From contig JAPSGB010000001.1 in assembly GCA_035063585.1 (NCBI GenBank), positions 96,001 through 160,000 on the forward strand: 64,000 bases of DNA, read 5' to 3'. The first letter of the stretch is position 1; each line of letters opens with the position of its first letter. This DNA is from Polyangiaceae bacterium (GTDB lineage Bacteria > Myxococcota_A > Polyangia > Polyangiales > Polyangiaceae). The translations under genes and the position numbers were made by a program. This document shows positions 26,000-35,519 of the stretch, in pieces. The notes below the pieces were generated by a model, which saw only the letters and a program-made list of their open reading frames with translations, was not told where the DNA came from and made no database searches.

Positions 26000-27025
26000 G
26001 TGAAGCTCATCATCCAGATCCCGTGCCTCAACGAGCGCGAGCACCTCGGCGAGACCTTCGCCGACTTGCCACGCCGGATCCCGGGCGTCGACGAGATCGA
26101 GGTGCTCGTAGTCGATGACGGCAGCACCGACGGCACCAGCGACTACGCCGCGGAGCTCGGCGTGCACCATGTGGTCCGCTTCCCGGTCAATCGCGGGCTG
26201 AGCGCGGCGTTCACGGCCGGGATGGACGCCAGCCTGCGCCTCGGCGCGGATCTCATCGTCAACACCGACGCCGATCACCAGTACGCCGGCGATGACATCG
26301 CGCGGCTCCTCGAGCCCATCCTGTCGGGCGAGGCCGACGTGGTGGTCGGCGACCGCGATCCCGCCAACCTCGCGCATTTCTCCCCGCCCAAGCGCCTGCT
26401 CCAGGCCTGGGGTTCGCGACTGGTGCGCGCGGTGAGCGCGACGCGGGTGGCCGACTCCACCAGCGGCTTTCGCGCCTACAGCCGCAAGGCGGCGCTCAGC
26501 GTGTTCGTACACAATCGCTTCACCTATACGCTCGAGACCATCATTCAGGCCGGGCGCACGGGCATCGCGACCGCCAACGTGCGCGTCCGCACCAACGAGA
26601 AGACGCGCGAGTCACGGCTCTTCTCCTCGATCCCCCAATATCTCCGCCGCAACGGCCCGGTGATCTTTCGCTCCTACGGCATGTACCGGCCGTTTCAGAG
26701 CTTCGCGTACCTCGCGCTCGCGCTGCTCGTGGTGGGGCTCTTCGGTGTCGGGCGCTTTCTCTATTTCTACCTGGTCGATCCGAGCTACAGCGGCCACACG
26801 CAGTCGCTGGTGCTCGGGGTCGGCGCGGTCACGCTCGCGTTCATGGTGGGGGTGGTGGCGCTGGTCGGCGAGCTCATCGCGGCCAACCGCAGGTTGGTCG
26901 AGGAGGTGCTCGTGCACGTCAGGCGCCTCGACGCCGACCGAGGCGTCGAGGCGCGAGCCCGCGGCGCGCCGGTCGATGGGATCCGGAGCACGGGCGCGGC
27001 CACGTGGAGGCGCGCCGAGCCATGA
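26000..27025 (+). CDS. GT2 glycosyltransferase with two C-terminal TM helices (polyprenol-P-sugar synthase type)
   Basis: IPCLNE, VVDDGSTDGT, NTDADHQY, DSTSGFRA. Confidence 0.92.
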   Translation: MKLIIQIPCLNEREHLGETFADLPRRIPGVDEIEVLVVDDGSTDGTSDYAAELGVHHVVRFPVNRGLSAAFTAGMDASLRLGADLIVNTDADHQYAGDDIARLLEPILSGEADVVVGDRDPANLAHFSPPKRLLQAWGSRLVRAVSATRVADSTSGFRAYSRKAALSVFVHNRFTYTLETIIQAGRTGIATANVRVRTNEKTRESRLFSSIPQYLRRNGPVIFRSYGMYRPFQSFAYLALALLVVGLFGVGRFLYFYLVDPSYSGHTQSLVLGVGAVTLAFMVGVVALVGELIAANRRLVEEVLVHVRRLDADRGVEARARGAPVDGIRSTGAATWRRAEP

Positions 27026-27624
27026 GCGAGCACGTGATCGTCGGCAACGTCTACGACAAGTACGGGACGCGAAACCCGCTCGCGCGGCTCATGATGCGCG
27101 GCTTTCTCAAGAGCGCGGCCCGGCTCTACCGGAAGGTTGGCGCGCGAAGCGTGCTCGAGGTCGGCGCCGGCGAGGGCCGTCTGGCGAACCACTTGCTCGC
27201 GAGCGGGCCGCGACCCGAGCGCTTCGTCGCCACCGATCTCGAGCTCGGGAAAATCGCCGCCGAGCTCGATCCGCTCATCGAGCTTCAAGTGGCGAGCATC
27301 TACGAGCTCCCCTTCCCTGCGCGGAGCTTCGAGCTCGTGGTCTGCTGCGAGGTCCTCGAGCACCTCGAGGAGCCGCGCCGCGGGCTCGCCGAGCTCGCGC
27401 GGGTGGCGGACCGCGCCGTGCTCGTCAGCACCCCGCGCGAGCCGCTCTGGCGCGCGCTCAACGTCGCACGCGGGAAGTACCTCGCCGAGCTCGGCAACAC
27501 ACCTGGTCACGTGCAGCACTTCAGCGCGCGCGCGCTCTCGTCGCTCGCTCGTGAGCGGCTCATGGTCACCGAGGTGCGCCACCCGCTCCCCTGGACGATG
27601 CTGCTCGGCGCGCCGCGACGCTGA
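27022..27624 (+). CDS. Class I SAM-dependent methyltransferase
   Basis: VLEVGAGEG, LPF..SFELV.C.EVLEH; ATGA overlap with the GT2 gene. Confidence 0.9.
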   Translation: MSEHVIVGNVYDKYGTRNPLARLMMRGFLKSAARLYRKVGARSVLEVGAGEGRLANHLLASGPRPERFVATDLELGKIAAELDPLIELQVASIYELPFPARSFELVVCCEVLEHLEEPRRGLAELARVADRAVLVSTPREPLWRALNVARGKYLAELGNTPGHVQHFSARALSSLARERLMVTEVRHPLPWTMLLGAPRR

Positions 27625-27669
27625 AGGGCTCGAGGGTTTCGGATGCCGGCCCGGCGCGGCCGGCGGCGC

Positions 27670-28611
27670 TCACGTCTCCGGTGGAGCGCTGGCCCGCTCC
27701 GGTCGGAGCGCGGAGGCCACCATCGCCACGGTGAGCACCCCGGCGATGACGCCCAAGCTCACGAGGTTCGGGATCTTGTACACCCCCGAGAGGAGCATCT
27801 TCGCGCCGATGAAGACCAGGATCGCCGCGAGCCCGAGATCCAGATAGTGAAACCGCTGCATCATGCCGGCGAGCATGAAGTAGAGCGCGCGCAGGCCGAG
27901 GATCGCGAAGATGTTCGAGGTGTAGACGATATAGACGTCGTCGGACACGGCGAGGGCGGCCGGCACCGAGTCCACCGCGAAGAGCACGTCGGTGAACTCG
28001 ATGACGATGAGGACGAGGAAGAGCGGCGTCGCGTAACGGATCCCGTCCTTGACGATGAAGAACTTGTCTCCGTCGCGTTCGCTCGTGGTGCGCAGGTACT
28101 TTCGCGCCAGGCGCAGCGCGAGGCTCGACTCGGGGTCGACCGTGTCGTCGTCCTTCTTGAAGGCCAATTTCAGCCCGGTGAGGACCAAGAACCCGCCAAA
28201 CACGTAGATGGTGAAGTGGAAGCGGTGGAGGAGTGCGCTCCCTGCGACGATGAAGAGCGCTCGCATGAAGACCGCACCCGCGATCCCCCAGAACAAGATG
28301 CGCTGCTGTTGCCGCTCACGGACGTCGAAATAGGTAAAGATGACCAGGAAGACGAAGAGGTTGTCGACCGAGAGTGACTTCTCGACGAGGTACGCGACGA
28401 GATAGGACACCGCCGGGTCGCGGCCCATGCTGGCGTACACGTAGCCGGCGAAGAGGAGCCCCGCGGCGATGGCGAGCGCGCTGCGGACGCTCGCCTCGCG
28501 AAAGGACACCTTTACGGCGGCCTTTCCGGCCAGGAGTCGCTCGACGAGCATGGTCCCGAGCACCGCACCCACGAACACGAGCCAGTCGATTACGGCTGCG
28601 CTTCCAAGCAT
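27670..28611 (-). CDS. TerC/Alx family membrane protein
   Basis: EKSLSVDNLFVF, IEFTDVLFAVDSVPA, TSNIFAILGLRALYF. Confidence 0.95.
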   Translation of the reverse strand: MLGSAAVIDWLVFVGAVLGTMLVERLLAGKAAVKVSFREASVRSALAIAAGLLFAGYVYASMGRDPAVSYLVAYLVEKSLSVDNLFVFLVIFTYFDVRERQQQRILFWGIAGAVFMRALFIVAGSALLHRFHFTIYVFGGFLVLTGLKLAFKKDDDTVDPESSLALRLARKYLRTTSERDGDKFFIVKDGIRYATPLFLVLIVIEFTDVLFAVDSVPAALAVSDDVYIVYTSNIFAILGLRALYFMLAGMMQRFHYLDLGLAAILVFIGAKMLLSGVYKIPNLVSLGVIAGVLTVAMVASALRPERASAPPET

Positions 28612-28695
28612 CTCGAGGCCTGTCTAGCATGGCCGATGCGACCCGCGAGCCGGCGCGCCGCCCCTTGCCGGCGCCGCCGGCAATACCGAACGAAT

Positions 28696-29694
28696 CTACG
28701 GGCTTGGGGGGCTCGCGGACGCCGCCCCCGAGGCCGCCACCGCGGCGCGGCGGCGCGCCGCTTCGCGGAACATGAAGGGCAAGCCGAGGATCGCGAACGA
28801 CCAGATGGCCACGGCCGAGTAGGCCATGGTCGCGGCCAACACGCTCGCGTGGTCCACGCTCGCGCCGGCGTGGTTCACCAAGTAGAGAAAGGCCGCGTCG
28901 CGGGTCCCCATGCCGGCCATGGTCACCGGCACGAGCCCGGCGAAGGTCGCGGTCGGCCACAGGGTCAAGGTGAGCAGCAGCGGCACCCGCGCGCCGACCG
29001 CGAGCAGGAGCGCGTGCGTGATGACCACCGTGAGCACCCGGATGACGAGCGAGACCACCCCGACCCCCGCGAGCCGATACGGCGCATGGCGGAGCGCCTC
29101 GAAGGCGTCGAACAGGAGCTCGAGCGACGCGGCGCGGCTCCGCAAGATCGCGAGCGAGAGCAGCCAGCGGCGGGCACGCATGAGCAGCGCAAGGAGCGCA
29201 AGCTCCGCGACCGCGGCGGCGGCGAGCAGCGCGGCGAGGAGCCCTTGCCCCGCGAACGCTGCGCCCATCGCGGCAAGACCGAGCAGGACCAGGAGATCGA
29301 CCGCCTTCTCTGCGAGGACGCTGCCCGCTCCGGCCGGCAGCGGGACCAGCTCTCGAACCGTGAACGCGCGGAGCAGCTCGTTGGCGCGCGAGGGCGTCAC
29401 CAGCCCGAGCGGCCAGACCGCGAGCAGCACCGAGAGCGAGCGCCCGTACGGAAGCCGATAGCCAATCGCGCGCAGCACGAGTTGCCAGCGCAGCGCGCCG
29501 AGGAGCACGCACGCGGTCGCCGCGGCGAGCGAGACCAGCACCCAGCCCGGATCTGCCTCGCGCACCACTTCCCACAGCGCGCCGGCTCCCCCGAAGACGT
29601 GAACCAGCCCGCCGAGGACGACGGCCGTGGCGAGCGCGAGCACGCCGCCGCGGAGGAAGTTCTTGCGAGTTACTTTTTCCCGCGACTCTTCCAC
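28696..29694 (-). CDS. Lysylphosphatidylglycerol-synthase TM domain (UPF0104/AglD-like) putative flippase
   Basis: ALRW..L, TPSRANELLR, LAEKAVD, LVP.T.AG.GTRD motifs. Confidence 0.85.
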   Translation of the reverse strand: MEESREKVTRKNFLRGGVLALATAVVLGGLVHVFGGAGALWEVVREADPGWVLVSLAAATACVLLGALRWQLVLRAIGYRLPYGRSLSVLLAVWPLGLVTPSRANELLRAFTVRELVPLPAGAGSVLAEKAVDLLVLLGLAAMGAAFAGQGLLAALLAAAAVAELALLALLMRARRWLLSLAILRSRAASLELLFDAFEALRHAPYRLAGVGVVSLVIRVLTVVITHALLLAVGARVPLLLTLTLWPTATFAGLVPVTMAGMGTRDAAFLYLVNHAGASVDHASVLAATMAYSAVAIWSFAILGLPFMFREAARRRAAVAASGAASASPPSP

Positions 29695-30323
29695 GCGTCG
29701 TTGAACTCCCGGATGGTGCTCTCGGTGCGCGGGTTGAAGAGCATCTTACGCAGGATGGGCGGCGGCACCGTCACCACGTGCGCGCCATCAATCACGGCGT
29801 CGTTCACGTCCATCGGGTGCCGCACCGAGCCGACGATGATCTTGGAGGAGAGCCGCTCGCGGTCGAGCACCGCGCGGAGCTCGCGGATGATGGGGCGTAC
29901 ATCGTAGCCCATGTCGCGGACACGTCCGCTGAAGACACTCACGTAGGTCGCGCCGGCGAGCGCGGCGAGATAGGCCTGGTTGAAGCTCATCATGCAGGTG
30001 ACGTTGGTCGGTACGCCGCGCCCGACGAGCGCGTGGAGCACCGCGAGGCCCGTCTCGCTGATCGGGATCTTCACGCAGATGCGGCCGGGACCCCAGGCGT
30101 GATAGGCGAGCGCCTCGGCGAGCATCTGCTCGTACGTCTCGGTGGTGAGCTCGACCGAGACGTGGCCCGTGGAGACCGCGAGCACCTCGCGGATGCGCGC
30201 CTCGAGGTCCACGTCCCCGGCCTCACGCGCGATGATGAGCGGGTTGGTGGTCACGCCGGAGAGCACCCCCCAGGCGAAGATCTCGCTAATTTCCTGCGGG
30301 TTCGAGCTGTCGAGGAAGAGCAC
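29670..30323 (-). CDS. tal: Transaldolase (small MipB/TalC-type)
   Basis: LFLDS, GVTTNP, Schiff-base VKIP; Glu (SVE) and Phe (SVFSGR) at the positions that distinguish TAL from FSA. Confidence 0.88.
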   Translation of the reverse strand: MLFLDSSNPQEISEIFAWGVLSGVTTNPLIIAREAGDVDLEARIREVLAVSTGHVSVELTTETYEQMLAEALAYHAWGPGRICVKIPISETGLAVLHALVGRGVPTNVTCMMSFNQAYLAALAGATYVSVFSGRVRDMGYDVRPIIRELRAVLDRERLSSKIIVGSVRHPMDVNDAVIDGAHVVTVPPPILRKMLFNPRTESTIREFNDAWKSRGKK

Positions 30324-30348
30324 TCTCTTGGGTTCCTTGGGCGGGAGT

Positions 30349-30960
30349 CTAGCTGAAATCAGCCTGTAGGATCTGGCGGGCGAGCTCGTCGAGGCGCGGC
30401 GCCGCGAGCTCGGGGCGAACCGGCGGTCCTCCGCGGAGCGGGCAGAGCTCGCAGCGCCCGGGCGGGAACACCAGCGCCGAGCGGACGCCCGCGGCACGAG
30501 CCGCCTCGACGTCGGTCGGCGCGTCGCCGATCATCCACGTCCGCTCGGGCACGAGGCTCGCTCGCCGCATGGCGGAGAGCAGCATCCCGGGCTTCGGCTT
30601 GCGGCACTCGCACGGGCCGGTCAGCGCCGGATCGCCGCCGGGGCCACCTTCCGGGTGATGCAGGCACACCTCGAAGGCGGCGAGCTCGAGCCCCCGCTCG
30701 GCGAGCCTGCCCGCGAGGGCCTGGTTGGTGCGCGTCACGGCAGCCACGGAGAACTGACCCTTCGCGGGGCCCGGCTGGTTGGTGGCGACCGCGAGCGCGT
30801 AGCCGGCGTCCTGCAGGAGCGTGAGCCCCTCGACGACACCGGGCAAGAGCACGAGCTGAGACGGGTGGAACGCCACCGAGATCGCGCCCGTCTCCTCGTC
30901 GCGGACCATGTCGATGAGCGTCATGTCGCGATCTAGGATGACCCCGCGACCGCTCGTCAT
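30349..30960 (-). CDS. gmhB: D-glycero-D-manno-heptose 1,7-bisphosphate phosphatase-like HAD IIIA enzyme
   Basis: LDRD(M)TL, ATNQ, CLHHP...CECRKPKPGM, MIGD..TD. Confidence 0.85.
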   Translation of the reverse strand: MTSGRGVILDRDMTLIDMVRDEETGAISVAFHPSQLVLLPGVVEGLTLLQDAGYALAVATNQPGPAKGQFSVAAVTRTNQALAGRLAERGLELAAFEVCLHHPEGGPGGDPALTGPCECRKPKPGMLLSAMRRASLVPERTWMIGDAPTDVEAARAAGVRSALVFPPGRCELCPLRGGPPVRPELAAPRLDELARQILQADFS

Positions 30961-31970
30961 CGCCGGACGTTACCATGGAGCGCCGCGTACATCGCGTCGC
31001 AGAGCTCGGCCGTGGCGAGGCCGTCCGCGAGCGTGGCCGGCGGGACACCGGCGTCGGGCGGCGGACGCCCCGTCCATCGCGCGAGCACGGCCTCGAGCTC
31101 GCGCGTGAGGCTCGGGTCGTGCTCGCCGAAGTCCTTCACCTGCTCCGTCTCGCGCTGCGAGCGGCCCCGGCCGTCATTCCACGCCCAGCGCCTGCCGAGA
31201 CGGAGTCGCAGCGGTCCGTAATTTCCGCCGCGCCCCTCCGCGAGCGCGTAGCCGTCCTCACCGACCAGCTCGACCCGGAAGCCGTTCACCCAGCGCACGA
31301 GCGAGACGCGCACCGTGGCGATGAGCGAGCCATGCCCGAGGATGACCGCCAAGTCCTCCTCGACCCCGGTGCCCCAAAACCCGCTGGTCGCCTCGGCATG
31401 GCGGACCTCGAGCGCCGGCTCGAGGCAGCGGAGCAGATCGAGCAAGTGGACTCCCGGATCGATGAGGGCGCCTCCGCCCGCGCGCACGGGGTCGAGCTTC
31501 CACCCCTCCGCCGATCGCGGATGCCCGCCATGGCCGATGAAGAGATCCGCGCTGCGGAGGCGGCCGAGCTCCCCGGACGCCGCGCGGCGAAGCGCCTCGC
31601 GAACGTTGGGCAGGAATCGATAGTTATATCCGACGAAGCTCTCGGCTCGCGCGGGGCCCGCGATCGCGCGAGCCTCGTCCGCCGTGCGGCCGAACGGCTT
31701 CTCGATGAGGAAGGGCCTATTCGCGGCAGCGACGGTGAGCGCGACCGCAGGCGCGAGATCGTGCGGGAGCGCGATGATCGCCGCGTCGTAGCTCGCCGGA
31801 GGGGCGTCCTCGAGGCGCAGGTAGTGCGGCGCGCCGCCGTAGAGCTCGGCGGGACGTGGCGCGGGATCCACGGTGCCCGCGAGCGTCACGTCATGGGTGC
31901 CCGCGAGCTCCACCACCGCGCGCGCGCGCTGCTTGCCGATGAGGCCGTGCCCGACGACCAAGATCCGCAT
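30957..31970 (-). CDS. Gfo/Idh/MocA family oxidoreductase
   Basis: GHGLIG, IEKP, VGYNYRF, GGGALIDPGVH; start moved to ATG 31970. Confidence 0.9.
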   Translation of the reverse strand: MRILVVGHGLIGKQRARAVVELAGTHDVTLAGTVDPAPRPAELYGGAPHYLRLEDAPPASYDAAIIALPHDLAPAVALTVAAANRPFLIEKPFGRTADEARAIAGPARAESFVGYNYRFLPNVREALRRAASGELGRLRSADLFIGHGGHPRSAEGWKLDPVRAGGGALIDPGVHLLDLLRCLEPALEVRHAEATSGFWGTGVEEDLAVILGHGSLIATVRVSLVRWVNGFRVELVGEDGYALAEGRGGNYGPLRLRLGRRWAWNDGRGRSQRETEQVKDFGEHDPSLTRELEAVLARWTGRPPPDAGVPPATLADGLATAELCDAMYAALHGNVRR

Positions 31971-32773
31971 CAGCGCCTCGGTGGCTCCACGCGCCGGAGC
32001 GTGTAGAGCTCTTTCGTGAAGGAGCGCGCGCCGTCGGCCGTCCACTCGTCGCGGACATGGAGGAAGCGGCCGTTCAGAGCCCGCGTATCTTCGGTGAGCA
32101 GGCGGCGCACGGCGCGGCAGGGCTCGGCGATGTCTACGGTGGTCTTCACCTCGCCGCCGGCCGCGCGCACCTGCGCGAGGAGCTCCGTCTCGTTGGCGCC
32201 GGGGGCAAGAATGGTGACGATGGGACCGCGCTCGCCGAGCTCGAGCGCGAGCGTCTCGGTGAAGCGCACGAGCGCCGCCTTGGCGGTGCCGTAGCTCGAG
32301 AAGCCGGGATACCCGTAGGCCGCGCCGCCACCGGCAAAGAGCACCACGCGGCCCGCGTGCTCGGCCAGCATCCGCGGGAGCAGCTCGCGCACCAGCCGCA
32401 CCGCCGCAAAGAGGTTCGTGTGCATCGCGCGCCACCACGCCTCGAGCTCGACGCTCGCGAACTCACCGGTCGGGCCGAGCTCGGCGGCAGCGTGCACGAG
32501 CGCGATCGGCCCCGGGAGCGCCGCCAGCGCGCCGAGCGCGGCCGCTCCCTGGGAGTGCGCGCCGGGCTCGACCAAATCCCAAGCGAACCCCTCGGCCGAG
32601 CCCGGGCGGAGAGCGTTGCACGCGGCCGCCGTGTCGAGCGCGCGCTCGCTCTTACTGACGAGCACGAGCCGCATGCGGGTGTGCTCGGCGAGCTCGAGCG
32701 CGACCGCGCGGCCGATGCCGCGACCGGCTCCGGTGAGCAGCACGCTCCGCGGTTCGAGCGGCGTGGTGGTCAT
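31970..32773 (-). CDS. Short-chain dehydrogenase/reductase
   Basis: TGAGRGIG and YGTAK motifs; start at ATG 32773. Confidence 0.92.
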   Translation of the reverse strand: MTTTPLEPRSVLLTGAGRGIGRAVALELAEHTRMRLVLVSKSERALDTAAACNALRPGSAEGFAWDLVEPGAHSQGAAALGALAALPGPIALVHAAAELGPTGEFASVELEAWWRAMHTNLFAAVRLVRELLPRMLAEHAGRVVLFAGGGAAYGYPGFSSYGTAKAALVRFTETLALELGERGPIVTILAPGANETELLAQVRAAGGEVKTTVDIAEPCRAVRRLLTEDTRALNGRFLHVRDEWTADGARSFTKELYTLRRVEPPRR

Positions 32774-33588
32774 GGCTCGCGCGGTCTCCGCGCGACCGCG
32801 AGGAGCTGCTCGCCGAAGCGCGACGCGTTCAAGTAGAAGAGGGGCTTCAAGGCGCGCCCGAAGACGCCGTAGGCCGCGCCGAGCACGCTGGTCGATACGC
32901 CGCCGCGCCCGTCTTCGGGGGTCGACGATGCCGCGCGCACCCGAGGCATCGACCAGCGGGAGGCGACGCGCACGGCGCTCCGGTAGAAGCTGTGGAAGGG
33001 AAAGCCCCACGCGAGCACCCGCACGACCTCGAGCCCGCTCGCGTGGAGGAGCCGCGCGAGCGCGCGCGGCCGATAGTGGCGAAAATGACCGATCGCCTCG
33101 TCGAAGCGCGACATGCGTCCACCCGGCACGGTCACGATGAGCGTGCCGCCTGGAGCCAGGAACTGCGCGAGCCGCCCGACCGCGCCGGCGTCGTCGTCGA
33201 TGTGCTCGACCACCTCCGAGCAGACCACGAGATCATACGCGCCGAGCCGAGCGGCGAGCGTCGTCTCGAGAGCCGCCGCCGAGAGATCGACGACGAAGAG
33301 CTCGGCGGCTGGGTTATCCACGCGAGTGTCGCGGAGCGATTGCTCGGAGAGGTCGGCGCCGTCGACCGTCGCGCCCGGGAGCGCGCGCTCGAGCTCGCGG
33401 AGCAGCTCGCCCTGACCGCAGCCGACATCGAGCGCGCGGCGCGCTCCCCTCGCGTAGCGACGCGCGAGCTTGGCGATCATACGGCGCCGGTGGAACGCCG
33501 CCGGGCTCACCCGATCGAGGTGAGCGTACCGACGCCACATGTCGTCGTAGAACGCGGGGGCGTCCGCCGGCGAGGGCGCGGTAGTCAT
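32770..33588 (-). CDS. Class I SAM-dependent methyltransferase
   Basis: LDVGCGQG, YDLVVCSEVVEH, GHFRHY; ATGA overlaps on both sides. Confidence 0.9.
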   Translation of the reverse strand: MTTAPSPADAPAFYDDMWRRYAHLDRVSPAAFHRRRMIAKLARRYARGARRALDVGCGQGELLRELERALPGATVDGADLSEQSLRDTRVDNPAAELFVVDLSAAALETTLAARLGAYDLVVCSEVVEHIDDDAGAVGRLAQFLAPGGTLIVTVPGGRMSRFDEAIGHFRHYRPRALARLLHASGLEVVRVLAWGFPFHSFYRSAVRVASRWSMPRVRAASSTPEDGRGGVSTSVLGAAYGVFGRALKPLFYLNASRFGEQLLAVARRPREP

Positions 33589-34325
33589 TCGTCGGGGTCG
33601 CCGTGCATGGCGCGCCGCGCCGGGTGCGGGTCGGCGACGCGCGAGCGAACGAAATGCTGCAACCGCTTGTAGGTCATGAACCCGAGGACCTCGAAGCCGG
33701 TCTTCCAGATGGCGACGTTGTGGGTGTGACCGACCCGCTCCTCGTAAGGGATCACGAACTCGGCGAAGCGCCGCGGATGCGTGAAATACGCCTCGAGCTT
33801 GATCTCGTTCGAGAAGCACCACTCCTCGGTATCGAGATCGATCTGCTCGAGGAGCGAGCGCCGGAACACCCACATGCCCGAGGCGATGTCCCGAAATGGG
33901 TGCAGGTAGAGCAAGGTCGCCGCGAGGCTCATGCCCACGTTTCCGTACTTGTTCAGCACCTTCATGCTCTTGATGTCCGCCAGCGGGAAGCGCGAGCAAC
34001 TCACGAACATGAGGTTCTTCCGGCGGAGGAACTCCGCAATGTGCGGGATCATCTCGACCGGGTAGGTGCCGTCGGCGTCGGCGGTGGCGATGAGGTCACC
34101 GCGGGCCGCAGCGAATCCCGCCTTGTACGCGCGCCCGTAGCCGCGGCGCGGCTCTACGATGACCTGGGCGCCGGCGGCCCGGGCGCGCGCGACGGTGTCG
34201 TCCTTGCTGCCCCCGTCGACGACGATCACCTCGAGGAGATCCTTGGGCGCGCGCTCGACCGTGGCGACCACGCCGCGCTCCTCGTTGAGCGCGGGGATCA
34301 CCAGGGAAATGGTATCGGTTGCCAT
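33585..34325 (-). CDS. GT2 glycosyltransferase (DPM1-like)
   Basis: IPALNEE, VVDGGSKDDT, GYGRAY, DADGTY, DIASG. Confidence 0.92.
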   Translation of the reverse strand: MATDTISLVIPALNEERGVVATVERAPKDLLEVIVVDGGSKDDTVARARAAGAQVIVEPRRGYGRAYKAGFAAARGDLIATADADGTYPVEMIPHIAEFLRRKNLMFVSCSRFPLADIKSMKVLNKYGNVGMSLAATLLYLHPFRDIASGMWVFRRSLLEQIDLDTEEWCFSNEIKLEAYFTHPRRFAEFVIPYEERVGHTHNVAIWKTGFEVLGFMTYKRLQHFVRSRVADPHPARRAMHGDPDE

Positions 34326-34447
34326 CGGGGAGCGGGACTATAGCGGCTCACCCGGCCTCGCGAAAGCGAGCCCTCCACATCGCAGAGCCCGCGCTCCGGG
34401 GCGGCTCCGCGCGCGGCCGGCGGGTCGGGGCGCGCGGCGCCGGTTCG

Positions 34448-35434
34448 TCACTGCTTGCGGCCGTAGACCTCGATTTCGCTCGCCCACAGGTACGCGTGCT
34501 TCTTCTTCACCTGGAGCCGCACGTAGCGCGCCGGGACGCCATCCACCTTCGCGACCCACGGCTCCTTCTCGGTGAAGGTGGTGGTGCGCTCGGCGACCTC
34601 CGCCCACTTGCGGCCGTCGCTCGAGAGCGCGAGCGCGACCGGCAGGATCTCGTCGAAATATCCGTCACCCCGGTTCGAGACCACGATCTTGTCGATCTTG
34701 AACATTCCGCCGAGATCGATGCGGATGAAGGGCTCGTCGGCGAGGCTCGTGTGCGCGCCGAAGCGTCCATCCTTCAGGCCGTCCACCACGTGCGACGGAT
34801 CGGGTGACGGGTTGTAGCGGCCGCTCACGGTGACCGGCTTGTGGAGCGCGAGGTTCGGCGCCCCGCGCGCGCCAGCGATCACCGCGACCAAGAGCAGCGC
34901 GAGCGCCGCGGCGAGGCCGCCGATTCGCAGCCAGCGCTCGAGCGCGAGACGTCGGACGGACCGCGATTCGTACTTGCGACCGACCCAGTCCGCGAGCGCT
35001 TCGGCCGACCCGCGGAGCGCGCGCGCCTCCGCCGGCTCCAGACGATCGAAGGAGAGCGGATCGGCGCGAAGGAGGCGTGCGCCCACCTCGGCGAGCGCCG
35101 CCGGCGGCTCGGTGAGCTCGCCCGACTCGCACCAGTCGGCGAGCCGTGCCCACGCCTCCTCGGGTGTGAGCGTCGCGTCCTCGTCGTGCCCGCCGCGCGC
35201 GACCACGAGCGCAGTCACCGAGCAGGCGATGCCCTCGCGGATCAGCGCGAGCGCCGACGACAGGCTCGCGTCCTCGCGGAGCTCGAGCGCCGCCGAGAGC
35301 CGCCGGCGCGCCGCCCGCGCGAGCTCCTCGATCCGCGCGCGCTGAGCGGGCGAGTACGCCTCGGCGCGTGCGCGGGCGGCCGACAAGAGGAGGGCCTCCT
35401 GGGCTCGGGCGACGACTCCGCGCGGCTCCGGCAT
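34448..35434 (-). CDS. Membrane protein with a C-terminal discoidin (F5/8 type C) domain
   Basis: TM helix then NLALHKPV.VS, VDG, IDLG, NRGD, ARYVRL, SEIEVYG. Confidence 0.85.
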   Translation of the reverse strand: MPEPRGVVARAQEALLLSAARARAEAYSPAQRARIEELARAARRRLSAALELREDASLSSALALIREGIACSVTALVVARGGHDEDATLTPEEAWARLADWCESGELTEPPAALAEVGARLLRADPLSFDRLEPAEARALRGSAEALADWVGRKYESRSVRRLALERWLRIGGLAAALALLLVAVIAGARGAPNLALHKPVTVSGRYNPSPDPSHVVDGLKDGRFGAHTSLADEPFIRIDLGGMFKIDKIVVSNRGDGYFDEILPVALALSSDGRKWAEVAERTTTFTEKEPWVAKVDGVPARYVRLQVKKKHAYLWASEIEVYGRKQ

Positions 35435-35519
35435 GGCCTCGGCTTCATACCCTGCCTCGCGGCGGCGAGCGAGCGCGGCTTGCGGGCCCGGCGGAGAGCA
35501 AGTAACTCGTCGCCGAAGC

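Noticed and set aside
28612..28695. yybP-ykoY manganese riboswitch before terC/alx
   Set aside because: Only 84 bp and no recognisable consensus
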